The notes below the pieces were generated by a model. That model saw only the letters and a list, made by a program, of their open reading frames with translations, was not told where the DNA came from and searched no databases. The position numbers and the translations under genes are program-made. This document shows positions 7,933 through 17,781 of a stretch of 64,000 bases of DNA, in pieces. Source of the stretch: Bacteroidales bacterium (lineage in GTDB: Bacteria > Bacteroidota > Bacteroidia > Bacteroidales > UBA4417); the NCBI GenBank assembly GCA_038237165.1, contig JBBRYZ010000003.1:2898-66897 (forward strand), read 5' to 3'. The first letter of the stretch is position 1; every line of letters starts with the position of its first letter.

Positions 7933-10824
7933 TTAATGCGCTGCCAGCCAGTTATCTCCTGTATTCATCTCCACCTCCACCGGCACATCGAGAGGTAAAG
8001 CATTGCGCATCAAATCACCGACAACCTGTTTTACCTGATCCACTTCGGGTTTAAATACATCAAAAACAAGTTCGTCATGAACCTGCATGGTCATGCGGCT
8101 TTTTAATCCACGTTTCCGTATTTCGTTGTAAATATTGATCATGGCAATTTTGATCATATCAGCAGCGGAACCTTGAATAGGAGCATTGATAGCATTACGT
8201 TCGGCAAAACCGCGCATTACGCCATTCGCTGAATTAATATCGCGTATAATACGGCGTCGGCCCTTCAGCGTTTCCACATATCCTTTTTCACGGGCGGAAG
8301 CCATAGTGCTATCCATATATTTTTTAATCCCAGGGAATGTGGCAAAATAAGTATCGATAATTTCTGCTGCTTCCTTTCGGGGAATTCCTAAATTCTCGCT
8401 CAGCCCGAAAGCTGAAATGCCGTACACAATTCCAAAATTCACTGATTTCGCATTACGCCTCATATCGCGGTCCACCTCCCCGAGGCCAACTTTATAAATA
8501 TTGGCTGCTGTGGCAGTATGGATATCAAGTCCCTGGCGGAAAGCTTCTTTCATAGCTTCGTCACCACTCATGGATGCAATGATGCGAAGTTCAATCTGCG
8601 AATAGTCGGCCGAAAGCAAGGTATAATCTTCGTTTCGGGGAACAAATGCTTTACGGATTTCACGCCCGCGCTCTGTGCGAATGGGTATATTTTGAAGGTT
8701 GGGATTGGTGGAACTCAATCGGCCGGTAGCAGCCACCGCCTGGTTATAGCTGGTGTGAATTCGTCCTGTAACCGGATTTACAAGCAACGGCAAAGCATCC
8801 ACATAGGTTGATTTCAGTTTACTAAGACCCCGGAAATCAAGAATCAACTGAACTATAGGATTTTTGTGAATCAGTTTCTGAAGCACATCTTCACCGGTCT
8901 GGTATTGTTTGGTAGCCGTCTTTTTAGGCTTATCATCAATTTTAAGCCTGTCGAAAAGTATTTCTCCAAGCTGCTTGGGTGAAGCAATATTAAAATCGAC
9001 GCCCGCAAGTTGCCAAATTTCTTCCCGTACTTTAATAATTTCGTGGTGAAGCTCTTTCGAGAAATCGTTCAATGCCTTCGAGTCAAGTTTAACACCTGCA
9101 GCCTCCATTCCTGCAAGCACGGGAACCAATGGCATTTCAATTTCATTAAAGATTTTAAGTGTTTCTGTATCTATTAATTTAGGTTCAAGAATATTTCGCA
9201 GTTGCAGGGTTACATCCGCATCTTCGGCTGCATATTCCTTAATCTCGTCGATGGGAACCGTGCGCATGGTAGTTTGTCCTTTCCCCTTTTTACCGATCAG
9301 TGTTTCAATGCTTACCGGCGAATAATTCAGGTATGTTTGAGCCAGTATATCCATGTTGTGCCTCATATCAGGCTCAATCAGGTAATGAGCAAGCATAGTA
9401 TCGAATGTAGTGCCTGCAATTTCAATACCATAATTTCCGAGCACGGCCATATCGAATTTCATATTTTGTGCGGTTTTGCCTATGTTCGGGTTACTGAATA
9501 CGGGTTTAAACCTGGCAACCAATGCCTTTGCCTCAACCTGGTTTTCCGGAACGGGCACATACCATGCTTTGCCCGGCTGTGTGGCAAACGATATACCAAC
9601 CAGTTCGGCGGTTATGGTATCAAGACCTGTGGTTTCGGTATCAAAGCAAAAGGACTCTGATGTTTCCAATTCAAGAAGGAGCTCCTTTAGACTGGTTTCG
9701 TCGCTTGCAGCGCGATATTCGTGAGGCGTATCATTAATGGTTTTATGGCTGCCTTCAACAGTATCGAAAGGCACTTCAGCAATACTGAACAGATCACCTT
9801 GTCCGCTCGGAGGAGCGGGTTTGGAAGCTGGAGTTTTAATTGAAGTTGCAGTCTGAATTCCACCGGGATTTAATGATAAATCGGTAAATACACGTTGTGC
9901 GAAAGTCCGGAATTCCAATTCATCAAGCAATGCTTTAAGCCTTTCCACATCAGGCGGATCGAGGTGCAAATGAGTTTCATTAAATTCGATGGGGACATCG
10001 AGGATAATAGTTGCCAGTTGTTTGGAAATAATCGCAGACTCTCGGCCATTCTCCACTTTGTTCCGGAGGGTATCGTTTTTAATATATTTTGCATTTTCGA
10101 GCAAACCTTCCACCGAACCGTATTCAGCAATCAGTTTTCGAGCCGTTACTTCACCTACTCCCGGAATACCGGGAATATTATCTGCCGCATCGCCCATCAT
10201 TCCAAGGAAATCGATTACCTGTAAAGGATTTGTGATACCGAATTTTTCACAGATTTCGGGAACACCCATTATCACAGGCTTTTCTCCTGCTTTGGCGGGT
10301 TTGTACATAAATATATTCTCACTCACCAGTTGCCCGAAATCTTTATCCGGAGTAACCATATACACCTGGAATCCAGCTTGCTCAGCTTCTTTTGCAAGGG
10401 TTCCGATAACATCATCAGCCTCGTAGCCATCCACATAAAGTGTAGGAATATTAAATGCCTGTATAAGTTCCTTTATGTAAGGAATTGATGCTGCCAGATC
10501 TTCGGGCATTGCCTGTCGGTTAGCTTTATATTGCACAAAATCAGTGTGGCGCGCTGTTGGCGCATGAGTGTCGAATGCCACACCCATATGCGAGGGTTTT
10601 TCGTTTTTTAACAGCTCGTACAATGTATTGGCAAACCCCATGATAGCTGAGGTATTCAGCCCTTTGGAATTGTAGCGCGGGGTACGCTGCATAGCAAAAA
10701 ATGCACGGTAAATCAATGCCATGCCATCTAACAGAAAAAGTTTTTCCACGGTGGTTATTTTGAAAGTGTAAAGATACGGATTTGATAGAATTTCGGGTGT
10801 CGGATAACGGATTTGCGATATCAA
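7933..10824 (-). CDS. polA: DNA polymerase I
   Basis: 963-aa ORF. 5'-nuclease LFLLDGMALIYRAFFA, 3'-5' exonuclease FDTETTGLD, polymerase motifs DYSQIELR and QVHDELVF. The real start may be the GTG at 10749 (VEKLFLLDG), which would give 938 aa. Confidence 0.95.
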   Translation of the reverse strand: MISQIRYPTPEILSNPYLYTFKITTVEKLFLLDGMALIYRAFFAMQRTPRYNSKGLNTSAIMGFANTLYELLKNEKPSHMGVAFDTHAPTARHTDFVQYKANRQAMPEDLAASIPYIKELIQAFNIPTLYVDGYEADDVIGTLAKEAEQAGFQVYMVTPDKDFGQLVSENIFMYKPAKAGEKPVIMGVPEICEKFGITNPLQVIDFLGMMGDAADNIPGIPGVGEVTARKLIAEYGSVEGLLENAKYIKNDTLRNKVENGRESAIISKQLATIILDVPIEFNETHLHLDPPDVERLKALLDELEFRTFAQRVFTDLSLNPGGIQTATSIKTPASKPAPPSGQGDLFSIAEVPFDTVEGSHKTINDTPHEYRAASDETSLKELLLELETSESFCFDTETTGLDTITAELVGISFATQPGKAWYVPVPENQVEAKALVARFKPVFSNPNIGKTAQNMKFDMAVLGNYGIEIAGTTFDTMLAHYLIEPDMRHNMDILAQTYLNYSPVSIETLIGKKGKGQTTMRTVPIDEIKEYAAEDADVTLQLRNILEPKLIDTETLKIFNEIEMPLVPVLAGMEAAGVKLDSKALNDFSKELHHEIIKVREEIWQLAGVDFNIASPKQLGEILFDRLKIDDKPKKTATKQYQTGEDVLQKLIHKNPIVQLILDFRGLSKLKSTYVDALPLLVNPVTGRIHTSYNQAVAATGRLSSTNPNLQNIPIRTERGREIRKAFVPRNEDYTLLSADYSQIELRIIASMSGDEAMKEAFRQGLDIHTATAANIYKVGLGEVDRDMRRNAKSVNFGIVYGISAFGLSENLGIPRKEAAEIIDTYFATFPGIKKYMDSTMASAREKGYVETLKGRRRIIRDINSANGVMRGFAERNAINAPIQGSAADMIKIAMINIYNEIRKRGLKSRMTMQVHDELVFDVFKPEVDQVKQVVGDLMRNALPLDVPVEVEMNTGDNWLAAH

Positions 10825-10946
10825 AACCCTATCTCGTTTTGAAACTTGTATATAATCTTAAATAAAATTGTACTCTCTGAGCAAGCTCTTCAAACTTTTC
10901 AAACTCTTCGAACCATAAATCTTACAACTTATCCCTTACTCCTAAC

Positions 10947-11417
10947 TCACAGTGTTATCTTCCTGTTTATGTACCACGAATAATCGGTTGCAATAATCTT
11001 GTAATCGGTTTTGAAAAGCTCTGACGAAATAATAAAATCAGCCGTTGATCGGTTACAGGCAACCGGAATATTGTACAGAACCGAAATCCGTTCGAGTGCT
11101 TTTACATCCACTTCATGAGGATGAGGCTCCATGGGGTCCCAGAAAAATATAAGTACATCAATTTTACCTTCGGCAATCATGGCCCCCATTTGCTGATCGC
11201 CGCCAAAAGGACCGGATTTTAATCTTTTAATACTCACACCTTTACTTGAGCCTTTCTCCATGCGGGATGCAAGCGCCTCAGAAACCATGCGGCCAGTTGT
11301 ACCTGTTGATACTATTTTATGATCCTTGAGAATCTCCCAATTCCATTGTACCCATTCTACCAGGTCTTTTTTACGATTATCATGTGCCACGAGGGCTATA
11401 TTTTTTGGCTTTATCAT
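10947..11417 (-). CDS. mgsA: methylglyoxal synthase
   Basis: 156 aa. IALVAHDNRKKDL...STGTTG...GPFGGDQQMGAMI...LIFFWDP. Confidence 0.93.
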   Translation of the reverse strand: MIKPKNIALVAHDNRKKDLVEWVQWNWEILKDHKIVSTGTTGRMVSEALASRMEKGSSKGVSIKRLKSGPFGGDQQMGAMIAEGKIDVLIFFWDPMEPHPHEVDVKALERISVLYNIPVACNRSTADFIISSELFKTDYKIIATDYSWYINRKITL

Positions 11418-11519
11418 TTTTTGAAAAATTATGAGACAATTATTAAAGGTTATCTGATGTGAGATAAGAAAAAATCAGAATTTAATCAATTCCTCCTTTT
11501 CCCAATTTCTTTCAAGACG

Positions 11520-11527
11520 CAAAGATA
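11520..11527 (-). promoter_or_regulatory. -7 box TATCTTTG upstream of mgsA
   Basis: Exact TAnnTTTG on the minus strand, about 100 nt upstream of the mgsA ATG. A chance match is possible. Confidence 0.25.
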
Positions 11528-11653
11528 CGTCGATCTGAATAATCGCAAGTAAAAGATAACAACTTCCTGCTAACAGAGTTGTTTTTGATTAAATACAGTT
11601 ACGAAAATTCTCAGCCTTATACATTTATTTGTGAGCAGACAAGAACTCTCCTG

Positions 11654-12016
11654 CTATAAACTCTTCTGCTCCCTGATCACCAGCATATAAAAATCATTAT
11701 CCAATGGCAGGAAACCGTATTCGTAAACAAAACGGTACGCACTGCCTTTTTGTGTGGTATACAGATGGGTGAAATAATTAAAATTGAAGCCCCTGTTCGA
11801 CAGCTTATCCTTATGAAGGTTTATTTTCCCTTCCGGAGGGATTAATTCGGACAGTATCCGCCGGTTTTTTCGCAGAATATTATTCACATTGCGCACGTAG
11901 TTGGTTGCTTCGCTGTTCAACCGGTTGTTGTAATTATTCCGGCACATATCAGAGCAGAATTTCTTATCCATTCTACCGGTGATAAGTTCACCGCAATCGA
12001 GACATACTTTTTCCAT
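11654..12016 (-). CDS. conserved hypothetical zinc-ribbon protein
   Basis: 120 aa. N-terminal CxxC...CxxxC (CLDCGE...FCSDMCRNNY). No family recognised. Confidence 0.5.
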   Translation of the reverse strand: MEKVCLDCGELITGRMDKKFCSDMCRNNYNNRLNSEATNYVRNVNNILRKNRRILSELIPPEGKINLHKDKLSNRGFNFNYFTHLYTTQKGSAYRFVYEYGFLPLDNDFYMLVIREQKSL

Positions 12017-12332
12017 AAAATGAAAGATTTAAATATTGGGTTAAACTATGTAGGTTTTCTGAAATTTCAGCCTTGTAATCTTCAAATTCTAAATCTATTA
12101 TTTCAACATTATAAATATTAAGCTATTACTATATTGTAAAATTACAAATAATTCATTTACAAACGACAACAAACGCTTGTAAATATTTTTATCCGAATAC
12201 AAATATTTATTAACCGAATCACCCAAAACAGTTGCCATACCTTTGCTTCATCAAACAGGGAATAATCCCAATTGACGAAAACGAAGTACATTTTGAAATC
12301 CTTATTAATTAATCTTTTAAAACAAAAACACC

Positions 12333-12683
12333 ATGAACGCACTCCGCAACAATGTAAAACTGATCGGTCGCTTAGGCCAGGATCCCGAAGTAAAAATTTT
12401 GGACAAAGGGAACAAATTCGCAAAATTCTCGCTCGCAACCAGTGACACTATCACTGCCAAGGATGGCAGCAAACAGGAACAAACCCAATGGCACAATATT
12501 GTTGTGTGGGGCAACCTGGCAGGATTCTGTGAAAAGTATCTGAAAAAAGGCAAGGAAATCGCCATAGATGGCCGCCTTACCTACCACAACTGGGAAGATA
12601 AGAACGGGACGAAGCACACCAGTTCCGAAATTGTTGCTAATGAAATGCTTTTTGTAGGGGCTAACAGCGAAGCTAAGAAATAA
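12333..12683 (+). CDS. ssb: single-stranded DNA-binding protein (short form, no acidic C-terminal tip)
   Basis: 116 aa. OB-fold pattern NNVKLIGRLGQDPEV...TQWHNIVVWGNLA...AIDGRLTYHNWEDKNG. Confidence 0.9.
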   Translation: MNALRNNVKLIGRLGQDPEVKILDKGNKFAKFSLATSDTITAKDGSKQEQTQWHNIVVWGNLAGFCEKYLKKGKEIAIDGRLTYHNWEDKNGTKHTSSEIVANEMLFVGANSEAKK

Positions 12684-12722
12684 ATCCAAATCCTGAATCA
12701 TAGCTTTTCAAACTTTACAGAT

Positions 12723-13247
12723 ATGGAAAACACTGTCTCAATAATGGATGCAAGAATTAACAGAGGAATTCTTTTTGTCAGAGAGCAAAAAGTAATGTTG
12801 GATGTTGACCTTGCTGATATGTATGGCGTAAAGACAAAAAGGCTGAATGAGCAGGTTAAGAGAAACACAAGCCGATTTCCTTCAGACTTCATGTTCCAAT
12901 TATCTGATGAAGAGAAACAAGAGGTGGTCGCAAAATGCGACCACCTTTCCAGAATCAGGTTTTCCACAACAAAACCTTACGCTTTTACTGAACATGGAGC
13001 TATTATGCTTGCAAGCATTTTAAACACACCGCTAGCAATACAAACCAGCGTCCTGATTGTAAGAGCATTTGTGAAACTGAGAGAAATACTCTCAACACAT
13101 TCAGAACTGGCAAAAAAATTAACGGAATTAGAAGCCAAATATTATAAACAATTCAAGGTAGTTTTTCCGGCATTAAGAGAACTGATGCAAAATGATGTTG
13201 ATAAAACAGAAAGAGTAAAAATCGGATACAAAATTATTCCAAAGTAA
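12723..13247 (+). CDS. ORF6N (KilA-N-like) domain protein
   Basis: 174 aa. IRGILFVREQKVMLDVDLADMYGVKTKRLNEQVKRNTSRFPSDFMFQL is the characteristic ORF6N N-terminus. Confidence 0.8.
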   Translation: MENTVSIMDARINRGILFVREQKVMLDVDLADMYGVKTKRLNEQVKRNTSRFPSDFMFQLSDEEKQEVVAKCDHLSRIRFSTTKPYAFTEHGAIMLASILNTPLAIQTSVLIVRAFVKLREILSTHSELAKKLTELEAKYYKQFKVVFPALRELMQNDVDKTERVKIGYKIIPK

Positions 13248-13289
13248 ATCCCACTAATCCCATACACTAACCCCTAAACCCTTAAAAAA

Positions 13290-13637
13290 ATGAACACACT
13301 TAGAAACAACGTAAAACTGATTGGCCGCCTTGGCCAGGATCCGGAAGTCCGCAACCTCGAAAAGGACAACAAAGTAGCAACTTTCTCACTAGCCACCGGC
13401 GAAAGCTACACGGATAAAGAAGGCAACAAGAAAGACTCCACCGAATGGCACAACATCGTAGCCTGGGGAAACCTTGCAGGAATCTGCGAAAAGTACCTGA
13501 AAAAAGGCAAGGAAATTGCTGTCGACGGCCGCATTACGTACCGCAACTGGGAAGATAAAAACGGCACCAAGCACACAACCACCGAGATTGTTGCCAGCGA
13601 AATTCTTATGGTTGGAGATAAACCGGCAGAAAAATAA
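13290..13637 (+). CDS. ssb: single-stranded DNA-binding protein, second paralog
   Basis: 115 aa, roughly three quarters identical to the 12333-12683 product (judged by eye). Same OB-fold motifs and also no acidic tail. Confidence 0.9.
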   Translation: MNTLRNNVKLIGRLGQDPEVRNLEKDNKVATFSLATGESYTDKEGNKKDSTEWHNIVAWGNLAGICEKYLKKGKEIAVDGRITYRNWEDKNGTKHTTTEIVASEILMVGDKPAEK

Positions 13638-13660
13638 AAAGGCTCAGATTTCGTGGACAT

Positions 13661-13705
13661 AAAAGCCGCTGAGCAGACTGCTCTTGCGGCTTTTATCATT
13701 TTTTG
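13661..13705. terminator. bidirectional intrinsic terminator
   Basis: aaaagccgc-tgagcagactgctctt-gcggctttt followed by atcatttttt. It lies between convergent genes, with T-tracts on both strands. Confidence 0.7.
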
Positions 13706-13733
13706 TTTCATTGATTAATCACCTCAATGGATG

Positions 13734-14960
13734 CTAAAATCCAAATAAACTCTTGTACTGCGAGGTAATATAATTGTCTATAAATTTGTAAAAATCAGGG
13801 ATTTCCTGTTTGAAATCTTTATTGTTACGCCAGGAATCAAGTCTTTTATTTGCTTCGTTGAAGATCAGATCGTCAACAGGTTTCAGCTTCTGCATAATTC
13901 CTGTTTCTGCCCCATTGTACATGGCATTTACATTGATGTAGTTTTCGCCATAACGGTTTTTAATGGGGAAGAGTATCTGCTTCAATGCTATTGCTTTGTC
14001 ACACAGTGGCGCCACCCCACTTTTATCAAGTGTCACTAACTGAGGCTGATCTTTGCCCATACACAGCCAAAGAGGAGTTACAACTGATGTAAGCGGGAAA
14101 CCAAGCACGGCCCACATCGTAGTGTAATCCGCATTTTCACCGAGTTTCACACCTTGTATTACAACTGCCGAGGCTGAAAAATAGCGCGGAATAAAATCGG
14201 TGAAATTCATAAATTTCTGTTCAGCAGGATTTTCTGAAAAGGATTTCTTCAGGTCTGTTTTTGTCAGCGAATGCCATAGTGAACGGCTTACATCCTGAAG
14301 AATAAACCTTACAATCAGATTTTTTTGCTGGGCGGCCTGGTAGAAAAGGTCCTCGGCAGTTTTATACCTGATTTGCCCGCTTCCCGAATTTGGATCACCC
14401 GTAAAAGAGAAATTGGTATGTAGAATATAGCCCATAGGAGCAATTGCAGGATCGTTGACATCAAGTTTTTTATATGAAAAATTACTGACTTCAAAATAAG
14501 CTGCGCCGCCACTGGCATCAATCACTCCAAAATTGGTTTCCACTCCCAATGGCTTTGTGTGTTTATTCAGAAACATTTCGAATTCATCAACAGTAGCACA
14601 TTGTTTAAGTGCTTCGCGCATAATCAAACCCTCGCGATCACGCAAAGCCACTGTGTCTTTCAGGATCAGGTTGTACGAAACAGTATTCATAATCGCAAAT
14701 CCAGCTGAATTGTATCCGATCCAAACTGACTTGCCGGTTGGGTCATCAGAATCTATCAAGCCAATGGAAGCATATTTCCCGTCATCAAAATACCTGATCG
14801 CGTTCTGAAAGGAATCCGTATCCCGGTTTTTCCACATAATAGGTCTGCCATCGGGCGTGCTTTTACCCGAAATTATAATTGAAGTACATGCCCTGGACGG
14901 TAATCCGGCTATTGCCAGGAACAAAACGAAGAAAGCTATAAGTTTTTTCATCTGAAACAC
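13734..14960 (-). CDS. secreted Ntn-hydrolase (peptidase C45 / choloylglycine-hydrolase-like)
   Basis: 408 aa. The signal peptide ends ...GLPSRA|CTSIIISGK, exposing an N-terminal Cys as in Ntn hydrolases. The family assignment is from memory only. Confidence 0.55.
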   Translation of the reverse strand: MFQMKKLIAFFVLFLAIAGLPSRACTSIIISGKSTPDGRPIMWKNRDTDSFQNAIRYFDDGKYASIGLIDSDDPTGKSVWIGYNSAGFAIMNTVSYNLILKDTVALRDREGLIMREALKQCATVDEFEMFLNKHTKPLGVETNFGVIDASGGAAYFEVSNFSYKKLDVNDPAIAPMGYILHTNFSFTGDPNSGSGQIRYKTAEDLFYQAAQQKNLIVRFILQDVSRSLWHSLTKTDLKKSFSENPAEQKFMNFTDFIPRYFSASAVVIQGVKLGENADYTTMWAVLGFPLTSVVTPLWLCMGKDQPQLVTLDKSGVAPLCDKAIALKQILFPIKNRYGENYINVNAMYNGAETGIMQKLKPVDDLIFNEANKRLDSWRNNKDFKQEIPDFYKFIDNYITSQYKSLFGF

Positions 14961-15185
14961 TGAATATGTTAATACTGTTAAGCAAAATAAACTAAAAAAA
15001 GAATAGCACGACTGAATCTTGTATAATATTTCATTTGGAAATTCACGAGTGCTTGGTATACTACTTTTAAAAAGCTAAAGGCAATTTCTACTATGCCAAT
15101 TCAATTTATCAAAGTAGTTTTACCATCCAATTGTTCCCGTTGCGCCTGATAAAATCTTAACTTTACTTTTTAATTTCAGGAGGCT

Positions 15186-15710
15186 ATGAAATCTTTTGTA
15201 TTGTTATTCCTGGTTACAATTCAGCTATTTAGAACCTGTTCAGTTATGAGTCAAAATTCACCATCAGTTACCGATACGGTTGATTTGCAAAAATATGCCG
15301 GAAAATGGTACGAGATCGCTTCGTACCCGATGTCGTTTCAAATGGACTGCTTTTTCGTTACCGCAGATTATACCCTTACAGATAAAGGGTATGTAAAAGT
15401 GTTTAACTCCTGCCGTAAAGGAAGTATTAATGGGAAAGTTAAATCCATACAAGGCAAAGCTTTTCCGGTGAAAGGATCGAATAACGCCAAGCTGAAAGTG
15501 CAGTTTTTCTGGCCTTTAAAGGCCGACTATTGGGTGATTGATAAAGCTGCTGATTACTCTTGGGCTGTGGTATCGGGTCCCAGCCGCAAATACCTTTGGA
15601 TACTTTGCCGCACTCCTGAAATGCAAAAAGAAACCTGGCAGGGAATTACAGAGCGATTGAGGGAAAATGGATTTGATATCAATAAATTAAAGATGACGAT
15701 TCACAACTAA
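15186..15710 (+). CDS. blc: bacterial lipocalin (Blc-like)
   Basis: 174 aa. DLQKYAGKWYEIASYP...YWVIDKAADYSWAVVSGPSRKYLWILCR. Confidence 0.85.
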   Translation: MKSFVLLFLVTIQLFRTCSVMSQNSPSVTDTVDLQKYAGKWYEIASYPMSFQMDCFFVTADYTLTDKGYVKVFNSCRKGSINGKVKSIQGKAFPVKGSNNAKLKVQFFWPLKADYWVIDKAADYSWAVVSGPSRKYLWILCRTPEMQKETWQGITERLRENGFDINKLKMTIHN

Positions 15711-15865
15711 AGTGAATGATTTTTGTGAATTGCGTAAATCATATCCCTTTTTATATTTCGTGGCGTGAAACGGTGCGCTACTGTAGCGAATTTATTCATC
15801 AAACCCGGAATTTCAATTATCTTCCCTTTTGCCATGGCTTTATAGCCAAATTTTGCCACTTCCAT
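15707..15865 (-). pseudogene. C-terminal remnant of a short-chain dehydrogenase/reductase gene
   Basis: My translation gives MEVAKFGYKAMAKGKIIEIPGLMNKFATVAHRFTPRNIKRDMIYAIHKNHSL*, which resembles the C-terminal tail of classical SDRs (..GYKAMMKGK..IPG..NK......R..PR......). No Rossmann or catalytic part lies upstream, and its stop overlaps the blc stop. Confidence 0.35.
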
Positions 15866-16356
15866 TAAGTTGCTATTGAGAGTAGTTTATGCATCAAAGG
15901 TTTACCATCAGCAACAGCAAATATGGCAACTCAAGCTCAATTCGCCAGAAACCCCCTGTTACCAAAATGTAAAACTTTTGATTCATTTTAAAAAATGTTA
16001 AGTGGGATTTGTAAACAAATCCTTACCAAATCATATGTAGTGAGCTTCTTTCGTATTCTTAATCATTTATAAATCAGCTAACAGACTCCTGCTGTTTATA
16101 ACTTTTTAATAATCTCTGAAGCTCTGTCGTTAAAAGTGCTGCTTCTGTTTGTTATTTTGTAGCTAACTGACGGCCTATTGCTGACAGGAAATTTGAAATA
16201 CAGGAAAAAAGAAACTCTGATTTCAACCGGCAAATTTCAAATGTTGTTGCAATACCTGACGTAAAAGTCTGTTCCCAAACCCAATGATGCTTCATGCATT
16301 TTGCTGGCACAGCAACTCAAATCACCACTGGTCTAACCTTCTAAACTTTATTTTGT

Positions 16357-17709
16357 ATGCCGGTAAAACCTACTTCAGCAACTCTTAAAAAGCAAAAAAA
16401 AATATTCGTTCTCGATACCAGCGTAATTCTGTATAATCATGACGCTATAAATAGTTTTGATGATAACAACGTCGCGATTCCTATAACAGTTCTTGAAGAA
16501 CTGGATAACTTTAAAAAAGGCAATGATAATATAAACTTCGAAGCCCGTGAGTTTATCCGCATTATCGATCGCCTTTCGGAAAAACGGACACTTACTAAAT
16601 GGCTTACGCTTCCAAAATCGAAAGGTGGTAAGTTTAAAGTGATCATGATCGAGAAAGGCGACATTGACGCCAGGGATATTTTTGGTGAAAACAAGCCTGA
16701 TCATCGGATATTAAATGCGGCTCTCGCCATTGCAAAAGAAAATCCCGATTGTAACGTAACGCTCGTATCGAAAGATATAAACCTCCGGCTGAAAGCAAAA
16801 TCACTGAATATTCAGGCCGAAGATTTTCTGACCGGTAAGATAAAAGATCCGGAAGGGCTTTACACCGGCAAAACAACAATTGAAGGTTTGCCAACAAAAG
16901 TAATTGACACTATTTATCAGAATGGCTTTTGCGAGCTAAGCGACATAGGTGTTCAAAATGCAATTCCCAATCACTATTACATTCTGAAAAATACTAAAAA
17001 TTCGGCACTGGCTTTTTACAACGCTACAACCAAGCGAATTGAACGGTTGGATAAACGTCCGGCCTACCACATCATGCCTCGTAATGCCGAACAGGTTTTT
17101 GCACTTCATGCCATTATGCATCCGGATATAAAACTTGTCACTCTTCAAGGAGTTGCCGGCACAGGGAAAACCTTGCTGGCATTGGCCGGGGCAATGGAAC
17201 AGCGGCGTGAGTTTAAGCAGATTTACCTGGCCAGGCCAATTGTTCCACTCAGTAATAAAGAAATCGGATTTCTGCCCGGCGATGTGAAGGATAAAATTGG
17301 TCCTTACATGGAACCTTTGTACGATAACCTTAAATTTATACAGAGCCAGTTTGGCGAAAAAGATAAGGAAGCTAAGGTAATTACTGAGTCGTTGCAAAAC
17401 GAAAAACTTGTGGTTACACCGCTGGCTTATATTCGCGGACGAAGCATCAGCAATGTGTTTTTCATTGTGGATGAGGCTCAGAATCTTACGCCGCATGAGG
17501 TAAAGACCATCATTACACGCGCCGGAGAAAATACTAAAATAGTTTTCACCGGTGATATTTTCCAAATTGATACACCTTACCTGGATTCTCAGAGTAATGG
17601 ACTTTCGTACCTGATCGATAAAGTTAAATCTCATCCCATGTATGCTCATGTGAGGCTCGAGAAAGGCGAACGTTCCGAACTGGCTAACCTGGCAAATGAT
17701 TTGCTATAA
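16357..17709 (+). CDS. PhoH-family ATPase with N-terminal PIN domain (PhoH2/YlaK type)
   Basis: 450 aa. PIN start FVLDTSVILY, Walker A GVAGTGKT, Walker B FFIVDEAQN. Confidence 0.9.
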   Translation: MPVKPTSATLKKQKKIFVLDTSVILYNHDAINSFDDNNVAIPITVLEELDNFKKGNDNINFEAREFIRIIDRLSEKRTLTKWLTLPKSKGGKFKVIMIEKGDIDARDIFGENKPDHRILNAALAIAKENPDCNVTLVSKDINLRLKAKSLNIQAEDFLTGKIKDPEGLYTGKTTIEGLPTKVIDTIYQNGFCELSDIGVQNAIPNHYYILKNTKNSALAFYNATTKRIERLDKRPAYHIMPRNAEQVFALHAIMHPDIKLVTLQGVAGTGKTLLALAGAMEQRREFKQIYLARPIVPLSNKEIGFLPGDVKDKIGPYMEPLYDNLKFIQSQFGEKDKEAKVITESLQNEKLVVTPLAYIRGRSISNVFFIVDEAQNLTPHEVKTIITRAGENTKIVFTGDIFQIDTPYLDSQSNGLSYLIDKVKSHPMYAHVRLEKGERSELANLANDLL

Positions 17710-17738
17710 AAGGATTTTAAAAACCCTTTGCTAAAAAA

Positions 17739-17781
17739 ATCCACAAATGGATATTTTCTTTTCCATTTGTGGATTTTTTTA
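17739..17781 (+). terminator. intrinsic terminator of the PhoH-like gene
   Basis: atccacaaatgga-N10-tccatttgtggat followed by T7. Confidence 0.75.

Noticed and set aside
10885-10900. tRNA T-arm-like GGTTCGAAG on the minus strand.
   Set aside because: No acceptor, D or anticodon stems can be built around it. I saw no tRNA-like cloverleaf anywhere in the window.
11654-13711. The zinc-ribbon, ssb, ORF6N and ssb genes as a prophage or ICE fragment.
   Set aside because: No integrase, relaxase, att-like direct repeats or tRNA target is visible. It is kept only as a moderate-interest gene-arrangement finding.
16290-16320. TGGCAC at 16302 as a sigma-54 -24 element upstream of the PhoH-like gene.
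   Set aside because: The -12 position reads CTCA rather than TTGC, so the spacing and sequence do not fit.
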